The position numbers were made by a program, and so were the translations under genes. Below the pieces are notes generated by a model. That model worked only from the letters and a program-made list of their open reading frames with translations. It was not told where the DNA came from and did not search any database. A DNA stretch of 64,000 bases, taken from the NCBI GenBank assembly GCA_017938885.1, contig JAGBAS010000093.1, positions 3,190 through 67,189 on the forward strand, read 5' to 3'. The stretch is from Clostridia bacterium. Lineage in GTDB: Bacteria > Bacillota > Clostridia > Oscillospirales > CAG-272. Below are positions 8,074 to 17,825 of the stretch, in pieces (position 1 is the first letter of the stretch; the number at the start of each line of letters is the position of its first letter).

Positions 8074-10161
8074 TTAAACGGATGATTTCAAACAGATCTT
8101 GTACTCGGCAAAGGACAATTTGGGCACAACGCAGTTGATCCTTCCGTTCTTCACGTCCAATGAGACAACGTCATTTCGAATTTGCCTGTCATTCAGTCGG
8201 TTCATCGACAAAAGACTGTCCGCCCGCAAGCCTTCTCCCCGCGCTTCTCCGTCAAGTACAGGAAACGCAGACAGATCGAGCTCCATTTCGCCATCCTCCT
8301 CTGAACGATTCAACAGATTCAGGATCAAAGCGTCTGCTTGTTCATTGATGGAAAGCTGTACCTGAATCGCGTCATTACGAGTCGGGTGATAATTCTCCAA
8401 AACAAGGGTCTGATACGCTTGCGTTTTCGAGAACATCCGCATAATCATGCCCGCCGCTGTGGGGAACGCTGCCTCCTTGGGGGTCTCAATAACGGATGCT
8501 GCGTGGGTATTGGCAAAATTGTTATAATTAATAAAGTCGATGTCCTGACCGTATCTTTGCCACATCATCATGATAGCGGCAGCGTCCAGCGCGTAGGACC
8601 ACTTACTGAACATGAAGCTCTTTCTATGGCTCAGCTGAGAACGAGGTACCATGTTGTAAACGTCCGCACCGTTGAGGGGAAGCCACTCGGTGTTGCAGTA
8701 GCGGATGGAGGTACCGTGTGCCTCGTTGAACTTGCGGATGATCGCAAGCTTTCTTTGGAGATCATGCTCCTCAAAGCCTCGGTCGGCCAGAAAATCAATA
8801 TCCATGCCCGCGATCTCCACCATGCGTTCAAGCGCTTCGTACCTCGAGCAGTAGGAGATCATTCCGATCTTGATGGTGGGATCGATCGCCTTCATGGTAC
8901 GGGAATACAGAACGCAGGCCTCGGCATATTCCTCGTCGGTGAACCAGCGGAACATCTCGTTGTCCATTTCCCAATATTTCACGTTGTAGGGCTTGACCCG
9001 ACCGTTGGCGATACGTGCGCGACCTCCCTCGGTGGTTTCGTCACCGTTGCAATATTCCACCCAAGCCGCCGCCTCGCGAGCCCCTTGCTCCAGATCAGCG
9101 AAATGAGGAAGATCTCTGCCGTGCTTGCCGCCGGGAATGTTGGGATCGTTCGGATCCGAATTCAAATGCTGAGCAGGAACAAACTCATAAAAACGCTTGA
9201 AAGGGTGGTGCATATTCACACAGATCATGGACTCCGCGCCCACTGCTTCCGCATACGTGGCCAGCTCATCGGTACCAATGTCGTTATACTGATAACCGCC
9301 CCAGAAGTATGAATAAGCAGGGGGACGATGTTGACCCACGCCGTCGCGCCAGTTATAAAAGGATGCAAAGCATCCGCCCGGCCAACGGATGACCTTGGGG
9401 GAAACGTACTTGCCTGCCTCCACGGCACTCTTCTTAAAGCCTCGGACGGCATCCGAGGGGGTGAGGGTGAAGTCGTCACAGACCACCGCCGTGTGGGGAG
9501 GCAGGAGCAGGGCGAAGGTATAGCGGCCCTCGGCGGGGACCTCAAAGGTGCTCTGCACGTCGGTGTACTCGATCCCGACGGGGTTCAGAGCACAGGTCAC
9601 GACGGGGTTTTCGGTGGTGCCTTCCTCATAGATGGCAACGGTCAGCCGCTCACTGCCCGTGATCCGCTTGATCTTACCCTTGAAGGTATAGGTGACGTCG
9701 GGGAAGCAATACTTGCCGTCTTGGGCAAGACCGCCAAGGACATCGCTGTGATTCGTCACCTTCATGGCATAATCCCCATGGCAGGCGTCGTCGCAGTAGC
9801 CGATCCTCACGTCAGCGGTGGGAGACTGCTCAATGACGAAGGTAGCTTCGTCGGTGATCTGTTGGTAGCCCGCCACGCCGGGGAAGGCGAACCAGGCGTT
9901 GTGCTCGTAGCCCGAGTGACACCAGTCGAACACCCGCCAATCCGTCTCATAGCGGGAGGTACGGTCTTTTTCATCCTCAAAGAGATCGTACCAGATCTTG
10001 TTAATCATGCGGTAGGGGAAAAAGGGCTCGAAGCTGCGGTTAAAAAACATCTCCGCTGCCATACCCTCCACCTGGATACCATAGCCCAATTCGATAAAAT
10101 TGGAGGACAGTTTTTTGCTAATCGGAGTGGAATGATAAAAACGGGTAGCCTTTACATTCAT
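8074..10161 (-). CDS. GH51-like alpha-L-arabinofuranosidase (cytoplasmic; no signal peptide)
   Basis: VIRWPGGCFASFYNWRDGVGQHRPP and KYWEMDNEMF match the GH51 RWPGG...W.DG.G and NE acid/base motifs. I prefer the ATG at 10161 (RBS gaaagagagg) over the RBS-less GTG at 10194. Confidence 0.7.
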   Translation of the reverse strand: MNVKATRFYHSTPISKKLSSNFIELGYGIQVEGMAAEMFFNRSFEPFFPYRMINKIWYDLFEDEKDRTSRYETDWRVFDWCHSGYEHNAWFAFPGVAGYQQITDEATFVIEQSPTADVRIGYCDDACHGDYAMKVTNHSDVLGGLAQDGKYCFPDVTYTFKGKIKRITGSERLTVAIYEEGTTENPVVTCALNPVGIEYTDVQSTFEVPAEGRYTFALLLPPHTAVVCDDFTLTPSDAVRGFKKSAVEAGKYVSPKVIRWPGGCFASFYNWRDGVGQHRPPAYSYFWGGYQYNDIGTDELATYAEAVGAESMICVNMHHPFKRFYEFVPAQHLNSDPNDPNIPGGKHGRDLPHFADLEQGAREAAAWVEYCNGDETTEGGRARIANGRVKPYNVKYWEMDNEMFRWFTDEEYAEACVLYSRTMKAIDPTIKIGMISYCSRYEALERMVEIAGMDIDFLADRGFEEHDLQRKLAIIRKFNEAHGTSIRYCNTEWLPLNGADVYNMVPRSQLSHRKSFMFSKWSYALDAAAIMMMWQRYGQDIDFINYNNFANTHAASVIETPKEAAFPTAAGMIMRMFSKTQAYQTLVLENYHPTRNDAIQVQLSINEQADALILNLLNRSEEDGEMELDLSAFPVLDGEARGEGLRADSLLSMNRLNDRQIRNDVVSLDVKNGRINCVVPKLSFAEYKICLKSSV

Positions 10162-10215
10162 CGTGACGGCCTCTCTTTCGAATAAAATCTGCACTTAAAA
10201 AATTGCTTTATACAG

Positions 10216-11637
10216 TCATTTTTGATTGAACAACCGATCCAACGACCGATTGGCCGTTTTGGTATTCGCTTGGAGGAATGATGCGTATCGGTCGATGCCA
10301 TCCACACAAAGGTTCGGAACCATATACAGGAGCGGATCCATACCGGCCAGATTTGCTGTGATCATACCAACGTCGCTGACGACAGACTCCCAAATAATAT
10401 CCAACATTTCAGCGTCCTGAGGTGCTTGTGCAATTTTCGAACCCAAAAGATCCTCGTAATATGCCGTCTTCACAGGAGCTGAGTAGTAAGCAAACAGCTC
10501 CATGACGTCGCTTACCATCTCCGTATTCTTTATGGATGACGGAATGATGATGACACCATTCCAATTCATAGCCCTGTACTTCTCCTGCGACTCATCATAC
10601 AAAGGATAGGGCAGCACGCCAAATTCAAAGGACGTATCTCGATACTTAGGCAGATCAGACGATGCCAGCAGATAAAACATCGACGTACCATCCCTGAAAT
10701 CCAAGCCCTCCCGAGACAATCTGGGGCTGGATAGGTAGGCATACTCGGAATGGAACATACCGTGTATTCTCTCAAGAAGATCGTATGTTTTTTCTGAATT
10801 ATTCTCGTATGCAATTCTGAAATAGCCATTGCTGTCCTTATCGACGACTTTAATATCACTGCTGGTTACAAAGGATATAAGCTCGATCCAACCATTTCCG
10901 GCGATCCCGTATGCGCCGTTGGATTCGCTGTTCCCTGTTGTTACCGTCGATGCCATGCCGAAAAACCTATCCAACGTCCATGTTTTGTTGATAACCTCGT
11001 CATAGGGATACTGCATCCGATACGTGTCCATCATCTCTTTATTGAACGTAATGCAATGCACGGAGGTTAAGCATAAGTCGTTATAGCCGACCAAATACTG
11101 ATCCTGAATCATCATCTCGCTCATAAATTCCGTGGCCCAATACGGCGCATCCAAATTGACACTTTCTAATTCTGCAAAGTCATACGCCACATCCGAGGTC
11201 AAAAACGATACAACGCCCTGATAGACGTGAGTCGAGACCATCTGGTATTCGTCGTCGCCGGATTGGACAGTCCGAATGACGTTGCTTGCATAGGACTTCC
11301 AATCGCCCGCATCCACGTCTACGATTTCCACACCGAGCTGCTCTTCGATTTTTAAATTCCGCTCATAAATGGTATCCATCAAGGGATCGCCCCTTTCCTC
11401 CTCGGATGCTATGGCGTGATTTCGGATACTATCAACGCCCGTAATGATAAACTCACTCCCGTAGTTTTTGGTATCAATGTCGGGCTTGAAGCTTGTTTCT
11501 GTTTCTTCAATCTCTTCGTGTGTCGCTGCATGGGTGGTTTCCGAGACATTTCCTGTATCATCCGCGCAGGCAACACAGGAAATCAGCAGGATACCCGCCA
11601 GCAGCAGAGCAAAAAATCGAATGAGTGTTACTTTCAT
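10216..11637 (-). CDS. Extracellular solute-binding lipoprotein (ABC-type sugar-binding family), orphan
   Basis: Lipobox MKVTLIRFFALLLAGILLISCVAC and a GGAGG RBS. Its size (473 aa) and N-terminal pattern (FIITG...YERNLKIEEQLGVEI) are typical of clostridial SBPs. There are no permease or ATPase genes in the window. Confidence 0.6.
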   Translation of the reverse strand: MKVTLIRFFALLLAGILLISCVACADDTGNVSETTHAATHEEIEETETSFKPDIDTKNYGSEFIITGVDSIRNHAIASEEERGDPLMDTIYERNLKIEEQLGVEIVDVDAGDWKSYASNVIRTVQSGDDEYQMVSTHVYQGVVSFLTSDVAYDFAELESVNLDAPYWATEFMSEMMIQDQYLVGYNDLCLTSVHCITFNKEMMDTYRMQYPYDEVINKTWTLDRFFGMASTVTTGNSESNGAYGIAGNGWIELISFVTSSDIKVVDKDSNGYFRIAYENNSEKTYDLLERIHGMFHSEYAYLSSPRLSREGLDFRDGTSMFYLLASSDLPKYRDTSFEFGVLPYPLYDESQEKYRAMNWNGVIIIPSSIKNTEMVSDVMELFAYYSAPVKTAYYEDLLGSKIAQAPQDAEMLDIIWESVVSDVGMITANLAGMDPLLYMVPNLCVDGIDRYASFLQANTKTANRSLDRLFNQK

Positions 11638-11706
11638 TTTTTATTCCTCCATTTGTTTTTTATGTATTTTTAAAAACGGCCTTATGATAAAGTATCTGAG
11701 CGCAAA

Positions 11707-12717
11707 TTATCCGAGCTTTTGAAAGCATCTCAGCATAGCCATCATGTTTTCGGTGGGTACATCCTGCGGAATGGCATGGGTAGGCGCGAGAATGAAGCCG
11801 CCTCCCTGCTTCATGATCGCTGCTGTATCCAACACGATGCTTTCGATCTCGGCCGGGGATAAGCACGGAAGTGCCTGCTGGGTGGAAATCGTGCCCCAGA
11901 AGCTCAGTCGGTCTCCGTATTTTGTCTTGATCTCCCGCAGGTTATAGATTTCGGGCTGAACGGTCTGGTAGCAGTCCAGTCCGATCTCAATGAGATCCTC
12001 AAAGACCTCCTGAATGTCACCGCAGGAGTGTTGGAGGACAAATTTCCCATTCTGCTTGGCACGGCGATACATGGCCTCCATGCGGGGCTTGATGAACTCC
12101 CTCCAGAGGGGCGCACCCATAATCATACCCTTCTGCTGACCCCAGTCGTCACCGAAGTAGATGCCGTCGAAGGGATACTCATTGAAGATATCGATGACCT
12201 TGAGATTGAATTCCAGTATCTTATCCAGCAGGGCGTGGACGAATTCAGGCTCCGTAATCATGTAGACCAACGCATTCTCCATACCGAGATAGCTCCACAA
12301 TCGCTCAAACACGGAAAAGCCAATACCCGCAAAGCAAAATTTATCTCCTTTGGTGGCAAGCAACTTCTCGCACTCCTCTCGGATACGTGCCTCGTTGAGG
12401 TAGGGTATCGGATACAGGGAAATGTCCGGCTCGTCTATAACCGGCTCATCCACCACACCGATATCCTTATCCACGCCGTTTCGGTTCCAGGTTACTCCGA
12501 AATCGTCGGTAAAGTAGCCTTTGCGATCCTTCTGCTCGTTGGGATAGCCCCAGTACTGGAAATAGTGGAGATAGCCGCCGTATTGGTTGTAAAACAACTC
12601 TTTGTCGGAGTTTTGCAGTACCTTCTCTTCTTCCTGGGCGGTGAGTTCAAAGTGATAGGGGATGCGGCCGGTCTCTTTATGCTGTAGTGCGCAAATGACG
12701 GTCTCTCTTCGGGTCAT
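11707..12717 (-). CDS. Uroporphyrinogen decarboxylase (URO-D)-family protein (MtaA/CmuA-like)
   Basis: 336 aa. MTRRETVICALQHKETGRIPYHFELT...FGDDWGQQKGMIMGAPLWREFIKP...HSCGDI..VFEDLIE.GLDCYQTVQPE is typical of the URO-D fold family. Confidence 0.65.
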   Translation of the reverse strand: MTRRETVICALQHKETGRIPYHFELTAQEEEKVLQNSDKELFYNQYGGYLHYFQYWGYPNEQKDRKGYFTDDFGVTWNRNGVDKDIGVVDEPVIDEPDISLYPIPYLNEARIREECEKLLATKGDKFCFAGIGFSVFERLWSYLGMENALVYMITEPEFVHALLDKILEFNLKVIDIFNEYPFDGIYFGDDWGQQKGMIMGAPLWREFIKPRMEAMYRRAKQNGKFVLQHSCGDIQEVFEDLIEIGLDCYQTVQPEIYNLREIKTKYGDRLSFWGTISTQQALPCLSPAEIESIVLDTAAIMKQGGGFILAPTHAIPQDVPTENMMAMLRCFQKLG

Positions 12718-12844
12718 GACAGTCGGCTCCTTCGGGTTATAGTAATTAGTTTACAAATCATCAATAGTATTTTAACACACTTCCATAAAAAATGCACTAT
12801 ACTATTATACAAATCAAGCACAATTAAACAGGAGATTGTCGTTT

Positions 12845-13648
12845 ATGCTTATTAGTAAAGACACACTCAACATCTTCCTTCGGAACTTTCATGTCATTGC
12901 GGGGGTACGAATTGGCTTATACGATGAATGGTACCGAGAGATTGCCGTATATCCGACTACCATGTGCGATTATTGCAACACACACAGAAAAGCCCCCGCC
13001 TTTGACCAATTGTGTCAAGCCTCGGATGCCAAAGCCTTTGAAACTGCGACCAACACCCGCCTGCCATACATTTATCAATGCCATGCCGGACTATACGAAA
13101 GCGTTTATCCGATCGTGTCAGACGGTGTGGTCATCGGGTTTCTCATGATCGGTCAATTCCTCGGCGAAGGCGATTCCTCAAAAGACCGTAACGGGGTGGA
13201 TTATGGCAACGAGATTCAAAAGCTTTCGATGGACAAGGTGCGAGCCATCGTATCCATCATGACCATTTGTGCCGAATACCTTTGCTTCAGCAAAACCATA
13301 TCCATCCGCCGAACAAATGATGCCGAGCGAGCCAAAGAATTTATCCGTGAAAATCTGGGCACCGCCCTAACCGTCCAGCACATTGCCGATGCCTTAGGGA
13401 TCTCTCGCACAGCTACACACACCCTGTTTCGCAAAAATTTCGGAAAAAGTGTCACAGAATATATTAATTGTGAAAAGATCGAATTGGCAAAGAAAATGAT
13501 TGCGGAAAGCCACACCACCGCAGAGATCATCGAGGCAACCCACATCTCCGATCCCAACTATTTTTACCGTATGTTCAAAAAGCACACGGGAATGTCTGTT
13601 TCGGAATACAAAGCATTAGAAAGGTCTCGGTTTTCAACCATAGTCTGA
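12845..13648 (+). CDS. PocR-sensor / AraC-HTH transcriptional regulator, divergent from the 12717-3152 gene string
   Basis: N-terminus YIYQCHAGLYESVYPIVSDGVVIGFLMIGQF is PocR-like. C-terminus LTVQHIADALGISRTATHTLFRKNFGKSVTEYI...ISDPNYFYRMFKKHTGMSVSEYK is an AraC HTH pair. The ATG at 12845 lies 11 nt after AGGAG; the ORF track starts at a TTG at 12836. Confidence 0.8.
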   Translation: MLISKDTLNIFLRNFHVIAGVRIGLYDEWYREIAVYPTTMCDYCNTHRKAPAFDQLCQASDAKAFETATNTRLPYIYQCHAGLYESVYPIVSDGVVIGFLMIGQFLGEGDSSKDRNGVDYGNEIQKLSMDKVRAIVSIMTICAEYLCFSKTISIRRTNDAERAKEFIRENLGTALTVQHIADALGISRTATHTLFRKNFGKSVTEYINCEKIELAKKMIAESHTTAEIIEATHISDPNYFYRMFKKHTGMSVSEYKALERSRFSTIV

Positions 13649-13692
13649 GCTGACACCGAGCACACGTCCTGTTGCAATCATTAAAGGCAAAA

Positions 13693-13753
13693 AAGAACCT
13701 AAAACAAACAACAGCCTGTGCCTAATGTTCGTTTTAGGTTCTTACCGGCGGAG
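13693..13753. repeat. Hairpin+GGCGGAG module (f), fused to a recombinase gene fragment
   Basis: Stem aagaacctaaaacaaaca / tgttcgttttaggttctt, then ccggcggag. The sequence after that differs from all other copies and runs into the recombinase fragment. Confidence 0.6.
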
Positions 13754-13799
13754 GGAGTAGGATTCTCATTGAACACCTGTCCAAGCTCCATCCAAACTC

Positions 13800-13988
13800 T
13801 ACAAGGAAGCCTTGGCTCTTGAAGCCCAGATGCTCATCAACTATCTGGTGGATGAGATCGTCATGTATGATGACAAAATAGAGATATTTTTCCATAAGCC
13901 TACGCGGAACAGTCCCGATGAAAGTCGGGGCTGTTTTGTTTATAAGGGGAGGAAGGAAAAATTCGATGTCGAGATATGGATCGTGTGA
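13800..13988 (+). pseudogene. Large serine recombinase, 3'-terminal 62-codon fragment
   Basis: YKEALALEAQMLINYLVDEIVMYDDKIEIFFHKPTRNSPDESRGCFVYKGRKEKFDVEIWIV* is collinear with the C-terminus of 42120-42986. The following 75 nt or so are also shared. Confidence 0.8.
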
Positions 13989-14063
13989 AACAAGCCGTAT
14001 AGACAATTCTGAGGGCGTAGAGCGGCACTTGGAAGCACCTATAAGCCTTACGGGTAAAAAGGG

Positions 14064-14212
14064 CAAAAAAATAAGAACCTAACCCAAACACCGGCTATGC
14101 CATGTGTTCGTTTTAGGTTCTTACCGGCGGAGATGGGGGGATGTCATTCATGTACACAACAGTTTCTTCTCCCCGGCGGGCTGTATTATAGCACAAAAAA
14201 CTATTATGTCAA
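14064..14212 (-). ncRNA. Candidate small transcription unit (b): consensus promoter, conserved box, intrinsic terminator; an sRNA or a proline-rich micro-ORF
   Basis: Minus strand: TTGACA (14207-14212), N16, TGcTATAAT (14185-14193), about 45 nt, ATGAATGACATCCCCCCATCTCCGCCG, a 17-bp hairpin, then a T-run. Same architecture as 43062-43212 and 62518-62650. Confidence 0.4.
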
Positions 14213-14375
14213 TGGTTTTCCATAGTAGCCGCTACAGGAACACACATCTTCACCCCCCGTTGTATATATCAACTCTATAGGTTGACATAAAAATTTTTCC
14301 GTATCATTTGGGCGGGTTCAGCAACAGTTCTCATAATTGACGGATTCGATTGCGGATCGGCTCACCATAAGCAAC

Positions 14376-14798
14376 CTAAATCGAATTATTCGGTTTAGGT
14401 TGTTTTTCTTTTTGTCTCAAAGCGTTTTCAGATGGTGATCGTAAGCCGTATATTCTTCCGTTTAGCTCATACGAGTTCTGGATATGCGCCGGTATGGTCG
14501 TTTCCCTGTCGCAAACAGAAAGGCCCTGACTTGCGTCAGGACCCGTCTGTAAGGGGTTATTGAAATAGATGTGTATTTCGTTGTCGAATACGATGATCTC
14601 GCTTATCAGGAAGTTTATGAGCATCTGAGGCTCCTTCAAGAAGGCAGACTCATAGTAGGCGCTGATTTCCTTTTCACTCACCTTGACCTGCATCTTGCTA
14701 GCCTCGCATGAACAATTTATACTATGCTGAACGTGCATATAGATTACTTGATTTTTTCTTTTACGAAGTGACAAGGCGACACCGCCTGACAGGATCAT
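14376..14798 (-). pseudogene. Diverged large serine recombinase, C-terminal fragment
   Basis: KEISAYYESAFLKEPQMLINFLISEIIVFDNEIHIYFNNPLQTGPDAS aligns with EEIKMYYKEALALEAQMLINYIVKEIVMYDDKIEIFFHKPTRNSPDES of 42120-42986. No catalytic resolvase domain is present. Confidence 0.6.
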
Positions 14799-14825
14799 TC
14801 CGGCACAAGTAACACCTACTATAGA

Positions 14826-17615
14826 TTACGAAATGATGCTTGTTTCGGCATGATTGACCGTCACCACGGTGGTCCCGCCGATGAGAGCGGAGAAGGTGAT
14901 CAGGACCACGCCGTTGTCGCAGGCGGCGGTGTCAAAGGCGAAGGGCAGACCGTCTGCGGCGTAGGCTTCGGCCTTTTGGAGACGGGTGAACTCCACGGTC
15001 TCGCCGTTTACCTCTACGGTGTCCACCGTAAAGCCCTCGGCTTCATGGATGCGGAGCGTGTAGGTACGGGTGGTGAAATCGGTGGCGTAATCGCCCTTGG
15101 CGGGGGAAATACGGAACGCAAGCTTTTGTCCGTCCTGTACCATACGGATGGGGGTGCGGCGGAAGTTGCCGTTCATATAATCCTCGGTGGTGCCATCGTC
15201 CTCATAAAGCTCGTAGGTAAAGTCAGCCTCTTTTGCATCGGGATATACATCCAAAGCCAGCTTGCCCCAATCCGAGGTAGACAGGGTTTCAGCATCGTCA
15301 GCCAGTACTGTAAAGCTACCGGTTCTCACGAAAATGGGGGACGTATAAACGGTATGGCCCACGGTGACGGTTTGCGGCCCCGTGAAGGTCTCACCCGACC
15401 AGACATCCATCCAGGTGCCGTCGGGAATGAAGACATCGCGGAACTCCTTGCCGTCAGACGACAGGACGGGGGCGTAGTACAAGTGTGCCTTTGCCTGCCA
15501 GGCACTCTCGTAGTACTCCACTACGATCTCACAAGTCTGACCGGGTTCGATCTGAAACGCGGTGTTCTCGGTCAAAATCGAATCCGAGTCCGCCCAGTTG
15601 TTGATGATCCACTTACCGTCCACGCTAACGCGGATGCCGTCGTCGGACAGGGTAGCGAGACGGACAGGGAACTCTGCTTTGTTGGTAAAGGTTGCCGTCC
15701 AGCGAATGCTGTAGTTATCGCTTGGGATACCGTTGGCAGGGGATCCGTCGCCCCAGTCAAAATCAATGGTTGGATCCACGCGGGTGAGATAGGGGTTGCC
15801 CGAGAGGTTGGTATTGCAGTAGTATTCGGCGGTAAAGCCTTGGGATCCATCCAAGGCGGTGAGCCATTCGGCGGGGAGTGGTTGGTAGTCGGGATCGACG
15901 GTGATGGGGGCAACCAGAATGTTGTCGCCCAGCAGATACTGGTCGTTGCGGCGAGCCTCCTCATACTGCGGATAGACGAAGTCCAGCCGCTTCATGATGG
16001 GTAGGCCGGTATCGTAATTATCCCGTGCCAGGCTATAATACAGGGGCATGAGGCGGTAGCGCATACGGATGTAGACGCGGGAAATATCCTGGGCGGTCTT
16101 TCCCTTGATCCAAGGGGAACGGTCAGGACCGCAGGCATGGAAGCGCATGATGGAGGACAAAGCGCCGTACTGCACCCAGCGGACGTAGAGATCGGGATCG
16201 GGATCTCCAAAATGGCCGCCGATGTCGCTGATGACGTAGGGCATGGCGGCTGCCGCGCCCGCATAGACTGCGTTCTCCAATTCCCTATGAAGCGCTTGGC
16301 TGTGGCTCTGGATGTCACCTGTCCATTGTAGGCTATAGCGGTGGGAGGAGACATGGGGAGGGGATGAAATTGCGGCGTTGGTAATCCAATAGACATTGGA
16401 AAGCATCCATGTGCGGTTGTTTCCATTGACTGCATCGGTCAGGGTGTAGTACATATCCTGACCCAGAAGATCGCCATGGAAGCCGTGGAAGGGGGAATTC
16501 AGATGGTAGCTCCAGTTTCGGTCGTACCACCAGGCGCTCATGCCCTGATTGAGCTTTTTCCGGAGATTTTCGGTGAACCAATTCAGCTGATCGGCCTCCA
16601 GCATGGAGCCGCCGTAGTCACGGACATGGTCGTTCATGAGGGTCAATACCCCCAGCTCGGCGGCTGTGGCATAGAATTCCTCGATGTCCGGGAAGTATGT
16701 GGTATTAACATCATAGCCTGTGGAGCTTCCCAAGCGCCAATCCGTATCCACCACAAAGACATCCAACGGAAAGTCACGACGATGGTAGGTTTTGATGAGG
16801 GTATAGATGTTCTTATCCGACAAGGCAGTGAAGCGGGAGTACCACAGTCCCAATGTCTTGACGGGCACCATCTCGCAGGCACCTGTCAGTTTGTTGAAGT
16901 CGTAACGGAGTTTGGCGGCATCCCCATGGGGGACGAATATGTAGTGGTCCTGGATCGTATCGGTATAGTCCCAGCCGTTGTTCCGCTCATTGTTGGCGGT
17001 ATAGGGATCCTCAGTCTTGATAAGGCGAGGGGAGTCGTTGAATGACCAAACGGTGGGGGTGGCGTAGGGCTCAGGGAGGTAACATTCTGCCGTATGGTTA
17101 GCCGAACTGGGAGTCCAAATGTTTTCACCGGCGCTGTCCAAAAGCTTCACATCCTGATAAGAGGCGGCACCTTTTTTGATGGATACGGTATAGTACGGGG
17201 TAGAGATGAGCAAGAGACCGTTCTGTTCGGTCTGCTTTACCTGCTCGGGAGGTATCCCTGCAAAGCTGTCCCGTCCTGTGACCGAGAAGGTGGGGCGATC
17301 CTCAAAGTCACCGTCCTTGGCCTCCTCGAGCCGCAAAAGGGAGGGGGAATACAGCACGACCCGCACATTTCCCTCAATCACCGAGATTACCTCGGGCTCT
17401 CCCGTGGTTTCCTCCTCGGTTTCTGGGGGAAGGGGCTCCGCAGGTGACGATCCCTCGGTTGATTCCTTAGTCGGCGTCTCTGTAACAGGGACAACCGTAG
17501 TGGCTTCAGTCAAATTCGGCAACGTGTCCTCGCCGTCGGGCTTGGAGGTACAGGCGGCAACTGCGACGATCAGTAGCAGGCAGAGTATACAGAGCAGAAA
17601 GGTCAGTTTTTTCAT
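14826..17615 (-). CDS. GH31 alpha-glucosidase/alpha-xylosidase-family lipoprotein with an inserted PA14 domain
   Basis: Lipobox LLLIVAVAAC. GH31-like motifs: DFPLDVFVVDTDWR, WTGDIQSHSQAL, ISDIGGHFGDPDPDLYVRWVQYGALSSIMRFH. PA14-like segment: GFTAEYYCNTNLSG...IRWTATF...LSDDGIRVSVDGKWIINNW. Confidence 0.8.
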   Translation of the reverse strand: MKKLTFLLCILCLLLIVAVAACTSKPDGEDTLPNLTEATTVVPVTETPTKESTEGSSPAEPLPPETEEETTGEPEVISVIEGNVRVVLYSPSLLRLEEAKDGDFEDRPTFSVTGRDSFAGIPPEQVKQTEQNGLLLISTPYYTVSIKKGAASYQDVKLLDSAGENIWTPSSANHTAECYLPEPYATPTVWSFNDSPRLIKTEDPYTANNERNNGWDYTDTIQDHYIFVPHGDAAKLRYDFNKLTGACEMVPVKTLGLWYSRFTALSDKNIYTLIKTYHRRDFPLDVFVVDTDWRLGSSTGYDVNTTYFPDIEEFYATAAELGVLTLMNDHVRDYGGSMLEADQLNWFTENLRKKLNQGMSAWWYDRNWSYHLNSPFHGFHGDLLGQDMYYTLTDAVNGNNRTWMLSNVYWITNAAISSPPHVSSHRYSLQWTGDIQSHSQALHRELENAVYAGAAAAMPYVISDIGGHFGDPDPDLYVRWVQYGALSSIMRFHACGPDRSPWIKGKTAQDISRVYIRMRYRLMPLYYSLARDNYDTGLPIMKRLDFVYPQYEEARRNDQYLLGDNILVAPITVDPDYQPLPAEWLTALDGSQGFTAEYYCNTNLSGNPYLTRVDPTIDFDWGDGSPANGIPSDNYSIRWTATFTNKAEFPVRLATLSDDGIRVSVDGKWIINNWADSDSILTENTAFQIEPGQTCEIVVEYYESAWQAKAHLYYAPVLSSDGKEFRDVFIPDGTWMDVWSGETFTGPQTVTVGHTVYTSPIFVRTGSFTVLADDAETLSTSDWGKLALDVYPDAKEADFTYELYEDDGTTEDYMNGNFRRTPIRMVQDGQKLAFRISPAKGDYATDFTTRTYTLRIHEAEGFTVDTVEVNGETVEFTRLQKAEAYAADGLPFAFDTAACDNGVVLITFSALIGGTTVVTVNHAETSIIS

Positions 17616-17703
17616 GGTGGCTATCTCCTTTGAATTGACTTTCTGTTGGGAACCAATTTTTTAGATGTTCCCTTTCTTTTTAATCGTTCCTTTACTATGC
17701 TTA

Positions 17704-17729
17704 CTCCCCCACCCTTACGGGCGGGGGAG
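17704..17729 (-). repeat. 11-bp GC-rich stem-loop with a GNRA loop, copy 1 (intergenic, within about 50 nt of conserved context)
   Basis: The minus strand reads CTCCCCCGCCC-GTAA-GGGTGGGGGAG. The flank gggagc.gctccc is also shared with 20877-20925. Confidence 0.7.
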
Positions 17730-17825
17730 CAGCTCCCATTTGAAAGGAGAGACATGAGCCAAATCAACAGTTCCAAAAGACAACAAAATGGTGCGATGAA
17801 TTTGTTTTATTCATCAAATAAATGA

